Assembly: GCA_965200245.1 (NCBI GenBank)
Contig: CBDATS010000002.1
Location: 32,001-96,000, forward strand
DNA length: 64,000 bases
Direction of reading: 5' to 3'
From: a bacterium
Lineage (GTDB): Bacteria; UBA8248
Part shown: positions 10,812-21,094 of the stretch, in pieces
Layout: each line of letters begins with the position of its first letter
Numbering within the stretch: position 1 is the first letter of the stretch
Made by a program: the position numbers and the translations under genes
Notes under the pieces: generated by a model
What the model was told of the DNA's origin: nothing
Database searches by the model: none
The model's input: only the letters and a program-made list of their open reading frames with translations

Positions 10812-13808
10812 TCAGGACGCCTCTACCGGTTCTTCACCCGGAATCTCGCTAATCAGGACCTGCCTTCTCTTTACGCCATCCGCCGGACCGATAATTCCAT
10901 CCTGTTCCATGCGCTCAATCATACGCGCCGCCCTGTTATAGCCGATTCTCAAATGCCTTTGGATCAGAGAAATAGAAGCCTCGCGCGTCCTGGAAACAAG
11001 CGCAATCGCATCATCATATCTTTCATCATAATCTTCATCATCATTCGATCCGTCCGGTGACGAGCTCTCCTCCTCGGCAAACCAATCCTCCCGGAATACC
11101 GCTTCCCCCTGGGATTTCCAATGCCCAACCAGTTCGGAAATCTCGGCATCCGAAACATATGCCCCATGAATGCGTACGGGAACGCTGGAGCCAGGGGGCA
11201 CGAAAAGCATATCCCCCTTCCCCAGGAGGCGTTCTGCGCCGTTCGCATCCAGGATGGTTCTCGAGTCCGTCCGGGTAGCGACGCGAAGCGCCATTCTTGA
11301 AGGAAAGTTCGCCTTAATCAGACCCGTAAGAACATCCACGGACGGGCGTTGGGTAGCCACCAGCAAATGGATTCCGGAAGCGCGAGCCATTTGAGCCAGT
11401 CGCGTCATCGACTCCTCTACTTCACGTGGCGCAACCATCATGAGATCCGCCAACTCGTCAATCACCACAACAATGTATGGAAGGAAATCAAGAGGGTATT
11501 CCTCACTGGACAGAGGTTCGTTCCATCTCTTTCCGGCCTCCCGTTCACCCAATTGCTTCTCCACAAAAGCATTATAACCCTGGATGTTCCTTACCCCTGC
11601 CTCACTCATCAACCTGTAACGTCGTTCCATCTCCGCCAGGACACCCTTCAAGCCCGCAGAGGCTTTTTTGGGATCCGTCACGACGGGCACGAGTTGATGC
11701 GGAATGCCTTCATAGATTGACAGTTCAAGCATTTTGGGATCGATCATCAAAAAACGAACCTCTCTCGGAGTGCATTTGGCCAAAAGACTGCAAATCATCA
11801 TGTTCAAGGCCACGCTTTTACCGGAACCCGTCGTACCCGCAATCAGGAGATGAGGAATTTTCGCCAGATCGGTAAACGCCGTTCTCCCCAGAATATCCTT
11901 GCCCAGGCCCATTGTAAGTTTGTCTTCAGCTTGATCGAACTCTTTCGAGGAGAGTACTTCCTTCGCAAATACAGCATCACGCTTGTTGTTGGGAATTTCG
12001 ATGCCTACAACCGACTTTCCGGGAATCGGGGCGACGATACGAACACTCAGCGCGGACAAGGCTCTGGCGAGATCATCCGCGAGACCGGCAATTTTTGAAA
12101 CCTTGATTCCCGGCGCAGGATCATACTCAAAACTCGTAATGACCGGACCCGTCTTCACTTCCTGAACTTTTCCGACAACACCAAATTCTTTCAGTGTCCG
12201 TTCCAGAAGCAATGACTTTTCACGTATCCCCGCTTCGTCGACGATGAGCCCACCGGAAGGAGGTTCTGCAAAAATATCCAGCGAAGGGAGAACGTACTCT
12301 CTCCTTGGTTTGACGATTTTTTGCTCCTTTGGCCGATTTTCCGCCTCCGCATCGGAACGAACGAGAGAATCGTCCTGAAGTTCAACGACGTCCGATTCGC
12401 TGGCAGTTCCTATATGTCGAACTTTCAACTTGGCAACCGATTCCATTTCTTCGGTCTCGGTTGCATCTTCAACGCGTGTCGAAGCCGAATCCGGAAGCTT
12501 ATCGAGCAGTTCTTCAAAAGAAAGTTCCTCTTCCATCGGCACGGAAGGTATTTCACCATGCACATCCAGACTCTTCTTTCGCTTGATCCGCAGACCACCG
12601 GGCACCGATTTTCTCTCGGCCTTCACCTGGTTCGCTTCCCCATCCATCCCTTCGAGTGCCATTGGATCCAACTCGTCTGACACGTCACCCGACAAGTCGT
12701 TGCGCGCTCCATTTCCGGCACAGCCCGTGTCATCTTCGTCCTGAAAAACCGTCTCTGGCAACGGCTCCGGCATTGTTTCATCCAAAAGCGTCATCGGAAG
12801 TCTGGTGAGTTCATGTTCCCGCTCGTCAGCCGCCGGGCCGCGCAATACCGGTATCTCCGGCGTCGGATATTTTTTCCCTCCAAACAGGGAAGGACCATCG
12901 TGTGGGATAGATGTTCGAGAAACCTGGGTTTCATTTTTGGGGTTTGACGAGTGCGCTTTTCTCGACTCTGAGATCAACCCTCCAATATCTCTTCTCAAGA
13001 ATGTCACCCCCGGCTTTTCGTTCTCCAATTCATCTTGATCCGAAAAACCCGTCTCTGCGCCCTTATTATTGGCATTCATCTCGTCATATTCATGATATGA
13101 CTCTTTCTCACTCAAACCCGATGGAAAACCTGCGCCTGAAGATGATATTTTTCGGGTCACGAATGCGAATCCTCCCGCTACCCCGAGCACCACCCTTTTG
13201 AAAACCATAAAGAGACGAGAAAAAAACCACCAATGTGCAATTGCCAGCCTCGTAACCATCTTTTTGAATGAAAAACCGGTTATACCGACGAACGAGGTCA
13301 GCAGTACGGAGCTAAGCAAAACCCAACTACCCGCGTCCCCCAGGTAGGAACTCAGCAGCATCACTACGCTATAGCCTACAATTCCACCGGCCAGCGTCGT
13401 GGCCCCAAAAAGAGGATCGGTTTCAAATATCTTGAAGAATAAACCCGAGACACTGAGAAGAAAGAACAAACCGACCAGTTCGCGCCAACTTGGTCGCCAG
13501 GAACGCAAACCTGCAAAGGCAGTTACGCCCCAAACAAGGAATCCAATGGGCAACAATATCGAAAATGCGCCCACTGATTGAACGATCGCGCCAGCGACAT
13601 GTGCGCCTACTGCTCCTCCATAATTTCGAATCCGCCATTTTGAGTTGACGTACGACCCCCAGGAAGGATCGCCGGAATCGAATGTCCACAACGATATCGC
13701 CAGAAAAATTGCGAAACCAACCAGACACAAACCTACGATCTCGTTGGCTCTCTCGGAAAATGGGAAAGGTTCGACCTGCGTGCCCAAGCGACGAGTAGGC
13801 ATAAACAT
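10812..13808 (-). CDS. ftsK: DNA translocase FtsK
   Basis: N-terminal 4TM, long acidic linker, AGTTGSGKS, IDELADLM, ATQRPS, gamma domain IGYNRAAR; start chosen at the RBS-preceded ATG 13808. Confidence 0.96.
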   Translation of the reverse strand: MFMPTRRLGTQVEPFPFSERANEIVGLCLVGFAIFLAISLWTFDSGDPSWGSYVNSKWRIRNYGGAVGAHVAGAIVQSVGAFSILLPIGFLVWGVTAFAGLRSWRPSWRELVGLFFLLSVSGLFFKIFETDPLFGATTLAGGIVGYSVVMLLSSYLGDAGSWVLLSSVLLTSFVGITGFSFKKMVTRLAIAHWWFFSRLFMVFKRVVLGVAGGFAFVTRKISSSGAGFPSGLSEKESYHEYDEMNANNKGAETGFSDQDELENEKPGVTFLRRDIGGLISESRKAHSSNPKNETQVSRTSIPHDGPSLFGGKKYPTPEIPVLRGPAADEREHELTRLPMTLLDETMPEPLPETVFQDEDDTGCAGNGARNDLSGDVSDELDPMALEGMDGEANQVKAERKSVPGGLRIKRKKSLDVHGEIPSVPMEEELSFEELLDKLPDSASTRVEDATETEEMESVAKLKVRHIGTASESDVVELQDDSLVRSDAEAENRPKEQKIVKPRREYVLPSLDIFAEPPSGGLIVDEAGIREKSLLLERTLKEFGVVGKVQEVKTGPVITSFEYDPAPGIKVSKIAGLADDLARALSALSVRIVAPIPGKSVVGIEIPNNKRDAVFAKEVLSSKEFDQAEDKLTMGLGKDILGRTAFTDLAKIPHLLIAGTTGSGKSVALNMMICSLLAKCTPREVRFLMIDPKMLELSIYEGIPHQLVPVVTDPKKASAGLKGVLAEMERRYRLMSEAGVRNIQGYNAFVEKQLGEREAGKRWNEPLSSEEYPLDFLPYIVVVIDELADLMMVAPREVEESMTRLAQMARASGIHLLVATQRPSVDVLTGLIKANFPSRMALRVATRTDSRTILDANGAERLLGKGDMLFVPPGSSVPVRIHGAYVSDAEISELVGHWKSQGEAVFREDWFAEEESSSPDGSNDDEDYDERYDDAIALVSRTREASISLIQRHLRIGYNRAARMIERMEQDGIIGPADGVKRRQVLISEIPGEEPVEAS

Positions 13809-14188
13809 ATTCCTGTACACCCATCCGGTCATGAAATGGGATATAAGTCCTCGGGCGGAGGAAAACCTAGAAACTTTATCAAATATAATTGGGAAAGGCA
13901 AGAAAAGATTGAGGTTAATGATTTTTCGCCAATAAGTCAGTAGCCGTATTCTCCGTCTTTCACATTTTTCAGGCGGAGCCTGTTCACTCGATTTTCAATG
14001 ATTTTGAAGGAAATGCGTCACACCTTCGGGATATGTTTCGAATCAAAGCTTGAAATGTAGTGACAGAAGATTTGTTTTTTCCCTGCGACGAATCACTGTC
14101 AACTTGCAATGGGTTCTACGGAAAGTCACCCAACGCTGCATCGCCAAATTGCAGTCATATGCCTCCCAATGGGGACACCCTCACTACA

Positions 14189-17100
14189 CTATTTTACGCC
14201 GAACAAGTCACGGAGCCCCTTTTGCAAGGTTTCTTCGATCCCTTTTCCGAGTTTTTTGAGCCGGTTTCCCTCGGGACCGGCTTCTTTCTCTGAACCTTTC
14301 TTCGGCAGCGTTTCCCCTCCCTCCGGTTTGGGAACCAGCTTTTGAACACCCTTGATGGCTGCTCCGAGAATACCCGTTACGATATCCTTTACATTCCCTC
14401 CCAAGTTCAGCGCTTTCTTGAGCAGGTTCACAAACAATGACTCCACAATCGCGTCCGGAACATGAAACTCAGGATCATCCAGACTGCCTGTTACCCGAAC
14501 ATTCAGTTTGGTGGTGTCACCCGGCCTCTCGAATAGACGGAATACTGACTTACGGAGTAATTTCACTACGAGATCAATCAAGGGGAATGTCTCGTCAGGT
14601 TTCAGACGTAATCCACTAATTTCTGCAGTTCCCTCTAAATTCAATTGGCTTTTTCTCAACGAATAAGTGGATTTGAAATCCAGCTCGCCACTTGTGATCT
14701 CGGTCCCTCGCATCAATATGGCACTAACACTCTCTTCCTTTTCCTTGTTGTCACGAACATAGGGGGAAATCTTGCGTAAGTCGAAACCCGAGAGATTGAA
14801 TATTCCGTCTACATCTGGAGGCAAAGAGCCAGGGTTCAAATCCGCCTTGACCTGGAAGGAGGGCAACTCCCCGAGCGTCCTGAGTTCCAGGCGCGTTTCA
14901 CGCACGTCTTGAGCCATCAGCGTATCCAGATTCGTGATCGTAAGCCTGGCATCCGGGACTCTCAAAACTACCGGCGGTTTGTCCGCTGCAATGAAATCCT
15001 GAAAATAAAATCCCATTCTGGCAACTTCGAATTTCCCGATTTTCATCACCTGGAAAAGTAACCCTCTTTCTTCTTTTCTGGTCTCCTGGCGTTTCCCGGA
15101 TACGGTTTCTGCATTTGCTGTCGCCGTTTCGAACAATGAGCCAAAATTGGTCTGTCCCTGTTCCTTTCGCACATATCGAACCCTCAATGTATCAATCCGT
15201 ACGCTTGGCGAGCGAATTTCTCCTCTCCATATTGACGGGTAATCCAACGATGCTTTCAAGTTCTGGAGAAATATGTCGGGTTCCGTGTCCGGCTTGCGGA
15301 AATCGATTGTCTTGAGCTTCGCAATCGATATTTTTATCGCATCGTCATCCCCTCGTCCTGAAAAGCTTCCCGTCAACTGCAAATTCGGGTAGGCGGCGTG
15401 GGCGAGTGATGAAAGATTCGCGGCGACCGACCATTTCGTGGAAAGCGACCTCGCTTTCCTGGCGGTTCTCGAAAATTCCATCGACCCATTGGCGGTGCCA
15501 GCCACAGAAATCCCGGACACCGGCGCTCCCAAGGTGCTCTCCGCGAACCGGGCAGCATCCTTGAGGTTCGAAAGCGACCATAGAAACCGACCTGAATTCA
15601 TGCCGTTTATGTTCCAGTCGGAGGGCCTGGATGTCCGTATATTTCCAAACGGCAAATTCAGATTCAGTCTCTGTAGCCTCACGGATCGATTTCGGAAGTC
15701 GTAGAAACCCACTGTCTCGATACGGAACTTGCCCGTACGCAGTGGTCTCCAGTCGCGACTCATCAGAGAATGGAATTTTCCGCTCAGACCTCCGCTCGTG
15801 ACGCCAAGGTTCCAGTTCACCCTTTTCTGGGAAGCGTAAGAAAACTCAATTTTTCCGCTGATCTCTCCGGAAGGATTACGGAATACAGGAGGGATGCTCG
15901 CAAATTTCACCCAAGGGGATATACGGATCGGATCGAATGATGCGGAACCCTTATAGTAAAATCCCGACCCGTCTCTTCTGTCCCTGGTTCCGGAAAGCCG
16001 AATTTTCAGTTTTCTCTTCCGGGTCCCTGGAGTTACAACGCCAGCCACCAATTTGCCCAACCAGACCTCAGCGTCGTTCAAATCGGTGACGTCGATCGTC
16101 AACGAAAATTCATCCCTTCCCCTTTGGTTCCAAAAGGCCTTATGGTCCAAAAAAACTCTCGCAAAGGGAAGCTTCAAATCCAAAGTCTGGATTTCCGCAG
16201 AATCTTTCGAGGCGAGATAGGATCCGTTCGACCGGAGTCTCACGGATTCCAGGGAAACCTGAAGTGGATTATCCACTGAAAAGATACTGGTATTCGCAAC
16301 GAGTTTCCTGCCAAGAATACCCAGCTTCCAGCGCAGGGGACCTTTCGGGCTCAAGTTGACCTGCAATTCACCGCTGACAAGTCCAGTGGCATTTTGTACC
16401 TGCTCCTGCAAGGGAACCCAGTCCAGAAACGACGCTATCGGCAAAAAGGCAAAACGCGTTTTTGCATCAATCTCGAACACCGAGGGATTTTTCCTGTTCC
16501 GTGACACGACAGCGTCCATACGCAACTTCGCATCTCGGGGAACGTCTCCGAAAGATGCCAACCCAAGACGCTCCAACAAATCATTCGCAGATGAGAAATC
16601 AAGCATATCGATGGAAAACTCTGCTTCATCATTGCCATCGATATTCCATTTCGCGGGCTTCAGGAGTTTCGCCGAAGCGAACGACGATTGGATTCGCAAG
16701 GTCTCGACATATGCGGATCCATTCTTCGTTTCGAAATTTCCTCTCGAGTGAAGAATTACCTTTCCCAACTCAACGGCTTTCCAGGAACTCTTCTTGTTCA
16801 TCTTCACGTTTGCACTGAAGTTCCGGGTTTCCAAAGCGGCATCCCACCGCACCCGCTCGCCGGAGACGAAAACCATACGAGCTTTACCGCCCACAGTTCC
16901 CCTGATTTTCGAGATTCGACCCGGAAGGATAAATTTACTGAACCCGGCAATTTCCACCGGATCGAATCGGGAATCCACCTCAACCCAGAAGAAGTCGTTT
17001 GATATCCTGCGATCCCGCTTCGCCGATACGAGAATCCGGGCCGTCGCTCTTTCCTGGAAGCCACGGAGTTTGATTCCCGCTGTCCGGGAAAGCCACTTGC

Positions 17101-18253
17101 CCGCCTCACGCATATCACGAACATTCGCTTCGACATGAATCTGATCCTTTGCCGATACGTTCCAGGACAGGGGCTTCGCCAGCTTTGCATCCAGGAAAGG
17201 AGTATCCACGAACAGAGTCTCCACGCGGACGGAATCATCCAGTGGATTGAAGCGGCCCTTCGTCTTGAGTTTCAATTCTGGCAATGTCAGGCTTCGCCAC
17301 TTGGATATTGGATTCGTCTGGAAATCCGCGTGAATGTTCCGGCCGCTCATGTCGACATCCCAGGCAACCCGTTCTGGGGTGACATAGACGAACTTCAAGG
17401 TCCCCGCAAAAATTCCCTTTTTGAAACGATAGCCCGGTATCACAGGCACCACCGCAGGCAGGAAGGACGAATCCAACAGGGGCACTTCGAACGACGCACG
17501 ATAACCTGGCCCCTCCAGGTTGATCCGCGCATCGCCTTTCAATGCAATGAGTCGCTGCCCGTCCGGCCTCCGGCATTTTCCATCGAGAAAAACATCCAAA
17601 GGCTCGCCTGGCATTATTTTGTCGACCTCGACGTGAGCAAAAGAACATGAACCATCAAAAATCTGTGCGCCGTCTCCGGCATCAAGCCGGAATTCGGTTT
17701 TCACGTCATAAAGGTCGAGTTCGTGAACGATAAAGCTGAACCCTGATTCGTCGCCTTGCGGGACGCTCTCAGACGCCTCGGCTGATTTGATGAACGAAAA
17801 AGTATTCTCGGCACCCACCGAAGCCGTTCTTCCTGTTTCAAGATTCAGGTTGTCGATGATGTCCTGAAAATTGAACCTGCCTTCTGAATTGCGGCGCACG
17901 AGGACGGAAGCATTTCTGATAGTGAGTTGAAGAATACTGATTCGCTTGTAAAGCAGGGTCGACGGGTTTAGCAGTAGTTCAACTTCATCGAGTTGCATGA
18001 AGGGTTTATTGCCCCTCGCCTCTTCTTTTTCCGTTTGTCCTTCGATGACGATTCCAGCCGCCTTGATCTTGAATAATCCCAGTTCCAGTTGCTTGATGGA
18101 AATTTTTCGGCCCAGGATTTTTCGCCCTCCTCGCTCCGCGATTCTGATTGCCTCATCGGAGGAAAGAAAAATTTGTACGGCAACGATTGTCACGACGACC
18201 AGAACGAAACAAACGCCGGCAATCCAAGTCAACCATTTCAGGAACCGATACAT
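14189..18253 (-). CDS. Large AsmA-like / DUF748-type periplasmic beta-groove protein with four internal 172-aa repeats
   Basis: N-terminal TM anchor, AsmA-like RNSEGRFNFQDI, C-terminal VTGSLDDPEF, beta-strand periodicity throughout. Confidence 0.75.
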   Translation of the reverse strand: MYRFLKWLTWIAGVCFVLVVVTIVAVQIFLSSDEAIRIAERGGRKILGRKISIKQLELGLFKIKAAGIVIEGQTEKEEARGNKPFMQLDEVELLLNPSTLLYKRISILQLTIRNASVLVRRNSEGRFNFQDIIDNLNLETGRTASVGAENTFSFIKSAEASESVPQGDESGFSFIVHELDLYDVKTEFRLDAGDGAQIFDGSCSFAHVEVDKIMPGEPLDVFLDGKCRRPDGQRLIALKGDARINLEGPGYRASFEVPLLDSSFLPAVVPVIPGYRFKKGIFAGTLKFVYVTPERVAWDVDMSGRNIHADFQTNPISKWRSLTLPELKLKTKGRFNPLDDSVRVETLFVDTPFLDAKLAKPLSWNVSAKDQIHVEANVRDMREAGKWLSRTAGIKLRGFQERATARILVSAKRDRRISNDFFWVEVDSRFDPVEIAGFSKFILPGRISKIRGTVGGKARMVFVSGERVRWDAALETRNFSANVKMNKKSSWKAVELGKVILHSRGNFETKNGSAYVETLRIQSSFASAKLLKPAKWNIDGNDEAEFSIDMLDFSSANDLLERLGLASFGDVPRDAKLRMDAVVSRNRKNPSVFEIDAKTRFAFLPIASFLDWVPLQEQVQNATGLVSGELQVNLSPKGPLRWKLGILGRKLVANTSIFSVDNPLQVSLESVRLRSNGSYLASKDSAEIQTLDLKLPFARVFLDHKAFWNQRGRDEFSLTIDVTDLNDAEVWLGKLVAGVVTPGTRKRKLKIRLSGTRDRRDGSGFYYKGSASFDPIRISPWVKFASIPPVFRNPSGEISGKIEFSYASQKRVNWNLGVTSGGLSGKFHSLMSRDWRPLRTGKFRIETVGFYDFRNRSVRLQRLNLNLPFGNIRTSRPSDWNINGMNSGRFLWSLSNLKDAARFAESTLGAPVSGISVAGTANGSMEFSRTARKARSLSTKWSVAANLSSLAHAAYPNLQLTGSFSGRGDDDAIKISIAKLKTIDFRKPDTEPDIFLQNLKASLDYPSIWRGEIRSPSVRIDTLRVRYVRKEQGQTNFGSLFETATANAETVSGKRQETRKEERGLLFQVMKIGKFEVARMGFYFQDFIAADKPPVVLRVPDARLTITNLDTLMAQDVRETRLELRTLGELPSFQVKADLNPGSLPPDVDGIFNLSGFDLRKISPYVRDNKEKEESVSAILMRGTEITSGELDFKSTYSLRKSQLNLEGTAEISGLRLKPDETFPLIDLVVKLLRKSVFRLFERPGDTTKLNVRVTGSLDDPEFHVPDAIVESLFVNLLKKALNLGGNVKDIVTGILGAAIKGVQKLVPKPEGGETLPKKGSEKEAGPEGNRLKKLGKGIEETLQKGLRDLFGVK

Positions 18254-18409
18254 AGAGGACCCATCGAGGAGAACGAGAAGGTGGCCCAAGAATTCCCAAA
18301 GAATGTATATTTTATACCACTGCCTCTGTTATATATTAGCAAATTGCAATTTTTTTGGGGCCTGCTTATGCCTGAAACTGAATTTCTCTCCCTGTCATGA
18401 AGCGTCGGA

Positions 18410-19705
18410 ATGAATATGAACACCATTGACACGAATACAGATACTCAACGTCCAAAATCAAACCGAGGCCGCGAAGTTTTTTCCTGGTGTATGTATGACT
18501 TTGCGAACTCCGCCTTTCCGACACTCATCGTCACGGTTGCATACAGCGTCTATTTCAAGACTATCGTAGCGGGAGGTGGTGGAAGTGGAGACTTTCTATG
18601 GGGAGTCTCACTCTCTCTGGCCATGATTTTAAGCGTAACCATTACCCCGCCCTTGAGCGCGGTCGCCGACAGGCAAAACGCTCGAAAACGCTTTTTGATT
18701 CTATTTGCTTATATTTCCGTACTGGCTACCGCTTTTTTGTCGAATGTTACCGCTGGCATGATCTTCGCCGGCATGGCACTTTTCATCATTGCTACCGCCG
18801 CATTCGAAGGCTCTCTCATTTTCTACAACTCTTTTTTACCCGACATCTCTACACCGAAAACTATCGGGAAAGTTAGCGGGTGGGGCTGGGGACTTGGGTA
18901 CCTGGGCGGACTGCTTTGCCTTTTTATGGTCAAACCTTTTTTGGCGGGTGGCTTCTCACCGGAAAATCTTCCCTTGTTCCGAATGAGTTTCGTTGTGGTC
19001 GCCGCGTTTTATGGCATCTTCACGCTTCCAGTTGTTTTTTGGTTGCGAGAAACCAGGCCAGAATCCAGAAAACCGAATAAAAATGGCGCTTTCGCCGAAC
19101 TATGGCAAACCCTCAAGGACACAGGAAAAACACCGGGCGCATTCAAGTTCCTGATCGCCTTCTTTCTATACAATGACGGTATTGTCACAGTCATCTCTTT
19201 CAGTTCAATCTATGCGGTTTCTACGCTGAATTTCACTATGGGCGAAGTATTGGGCCTGTTCATCATGGTGCAGGTCTCGGCTGGAGTCGGTGCGTTTGCA
19301 CTCGGGTATCTGGTGGACGCCTGGGGACCGCGGAAGACGATATTGCTAACCCTTGTGAATTGGTGCCTGGTCGTCATCGTGGCCTATTTTACTGAAACGA
19401 AACATGTCTTTCTGGGTGTCTCGTTATTGGCGGGACTATCCCTCGGGTCCAGTCAGTCGGCAAGCCGTGTGCTGATGGCCAACTATATCCCTGAAGAAAA
19501 ATCCGCACAATTATTTTCGTTTTATGGCATTTGCGGCAAAATGAGTTCCGTTCTAGGCCCTCTGGTTTTCGGGGGCGTTTCCGCACTCACCGGAGAACAG
19601 AGGTCGGCAATATTATCCGTACTCGTTTTTTTTGTAGCAGGAGGCGTGTTGCTGTGGCTAACGCCGGAAGCCAGGAAACCGGAATTGCCAGGCAAGGGAG
19701 AATGA
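18410..19705 (+). CDS. MFS transporter, UMF1/Atg22-like
   Basis: WCMYDFANSAF, YNSFLP, SGWGWGLGYLGG, FLYNDG. Confidence 0.88.
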   Translation: MNMNTIDTNTDTQRPKSNRGREVFSWCMYDFANSAFPTLIVTVAYSVYFKTIVAGGGGSGDFLWGVSLSLAMILSVTITPPLSAVADRQNARKRFLILFAYISVLATAFLSNVTAGMIFAGMALFIIATAAFEGSLIFYNSFLPDISTPKTIGKVSGWGWGLGYLGGLLCLFMVKPFLAGGFSPENLPLFRMSFVVVAAFYGIFTLPVVFWLRETRPESRKPNKNGAFAELWQTLKDTGKTPGAFKFLIAFFLYNDGIVTVISFSSIYAVSTLNFTMGEVLGLFIMVQVSAGVGAFALGYLVDAWGPRKTILLTLVNWCLVVIVAYFTETKHVFLGVSLLAGLSLGSSQSASRVLMANYIPEEKSAQLFSFYGICGKMSSVLGPLVFGGVSALTGEQRSAILSVLVFFVAGGVLLWLTPEARKPELPGKGE

Positions 19706-19780
19706 TGCGCTCGTACGCTCCTGCCAGCCGCGCGATATGCCAGATCTTTTGGTCTCCCTGGGCCATCTCCCGGAGTTGAC

Positions 19781-20146
19781 TTGGATTTTCGTGAACAGAT
19801 TTTCCAGAGACTGATGTTTCATCTTGGTGAAGTCGATGTTTCTAGAGGTACGGTAGATGCCTTCTCGTCTGACATCGTTCACATACTCGACCGAATTACG
19901 CAGGACAGAATTTACGAGGCGGGTGTGCGCCAGATTCTCCAGCGTTACGCCGATGAGTGGGCGGAACAGTCATCCCGGAGAATCCTGGACGCCCAAAGTG
20001 ACGAAGCCACGGAAATCGTCTACGAAATGATCGATCGCCAAGCCAGGAATCGCGCCATTCGCGCAATAAGAAAAGTCTTGCTCGACACGCTGCAAGGCCA
20101 GAAAAAACCATTGGATGATCTCGATTTTTTTGACGAAACAGAATGA
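19781..20146 (+). CDS. Hypothetical helical protein
   Basis: RBS ggag before TTG; stop overlaps the next start (ATGA). Confidence 0.6.
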   Translation: MDFREQIFQRLMFHLGEVDVSRGTVDAFSSDIVHILDRITQDRIYEAGVRQILQRYADEWAEQSSRRILDAQSDEATEIVYEMIDRQARNRAIRAIRKVLLDTLQGQKKPLDDLDFFDETE

Positions 20147-20562
20147 CTGAACAAAAGAGGATCACGATGCCAGAAAAATCTTTAGCGGAACAAATTGCAG
20201 AACGAAGGGGACGCAGATACCCGGCCCATGAATTCATCGCCGAAAAGTTTCCCGACTACATGGAAGCACTTTTGCAACTTGATGAAATCATCCGTGCGAA
20301 AGAGAGAAGGTTCGATGAAGCAATGCACGAATTGTTTCATATCCTGGCTCTTGCCGTCGAGGGTTCCAATCCGCACAACCAGCCACACCTCAAGCAGCAT
20401 CTGAAAAAAGGGCTCAAGTTGGGTCTGCACCCTGAGGAAATCGCGGAGGCACTCATGGTCTGCGTCAATCCGGCGGGTTCCAAAGTGCTCACCTACGGCG
20501 TCACGTGCATGCTGGAGGCAATGGAGGAACTCAAATCCGAGGGCTGGACCTGTCCTGAATGA
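20143..20562 (+). CDS. Carboxymuconolactone decarboxylase/AhpD-like protein
   Basis: EL..I.ALAV...H...H.K..L..G...EEIAEAL pattern; alternative start 20167. Confidence 0.75.
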   Translation: MTEQKRITMPEKSLAEQIAERRGRRYPAHEFIAEKFPDYMEALLQLDEIIRAKERRFDEAMHELFHILALAVEGSNPHNQPHLKQHLKKGLKLGLHPEEIAEALMVCVNPAGSKVLTYGVTCMLEAMEELKSEGWTCPE

Positions 20563-20596
20563 ATAAAGACTCGCCACACCCTTGCGCTGGTGGCGC

Positions 20597-20926
20597 CTAC
20601 GCTTCCGCTCGAATCGCCTCCTCGCGTAAAGGGGAATATATGCCGAGATACGTGATGGGCGTGGGAGCATCGAGCTGATGCGGTACTCCCCTGGGAATAT
20701 GAACCACCTGGCCCGCTTTCACCTTACGGGTTTGACCTGCAACCGTAAAAGTAGCTTCGCCTTTCATGAGATAAATCAGCTGTTCCACATCATGGCTATG
20801 GTTCTGTTCGGTTCCCCCTTCCCTTTCGATGTACAACATCATCACCTGCTCACCGACAACGAGCCTGCGTTCTCTGCCCGGCATCCTTTGTGGTTCAATT
20901 TCTGTCAGATCGTAGAAATATTGCAT
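20597..20926 (-). CDS. Cupin domain protein
   Basis: HSHDVEQ...G and GQVVHIPRGVPH. Confidence 0.85.
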   Translation of the reverse strand: MQYFYDLTEIEPQRMPGRERRLVVGEQVMMLYIEREGGTEQNHSHDVEQLIYLMKGEATFTVAGQTRKVKAGQVVHIPRGVPHQLDAPTPITYLGIYSPLREEAIRAEA

Positions 20927-21094
20927 CCGTTTACTCCTCCAGGCTTTCGTTTTGAATTGATTTTCCGATTGTTCACTTATCCAGCCTCGATCGCAAGGTC
21001 ATCGCAATCCACCTTGCAATCGCATACCTACAATCCCTAGAATCCTGCCCTGTTGTTTCGGCCTCTGCAGGGTTTGATAAAGGACAAATTCTCG

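Noticed and set aside
14130-14170. Selenoprotein-like mini ORF MTAIWRCSVG(TGA) with RBS
   Set aside because: Too short, no recognisable family or SECIS-like evidence, and another stop soon after.
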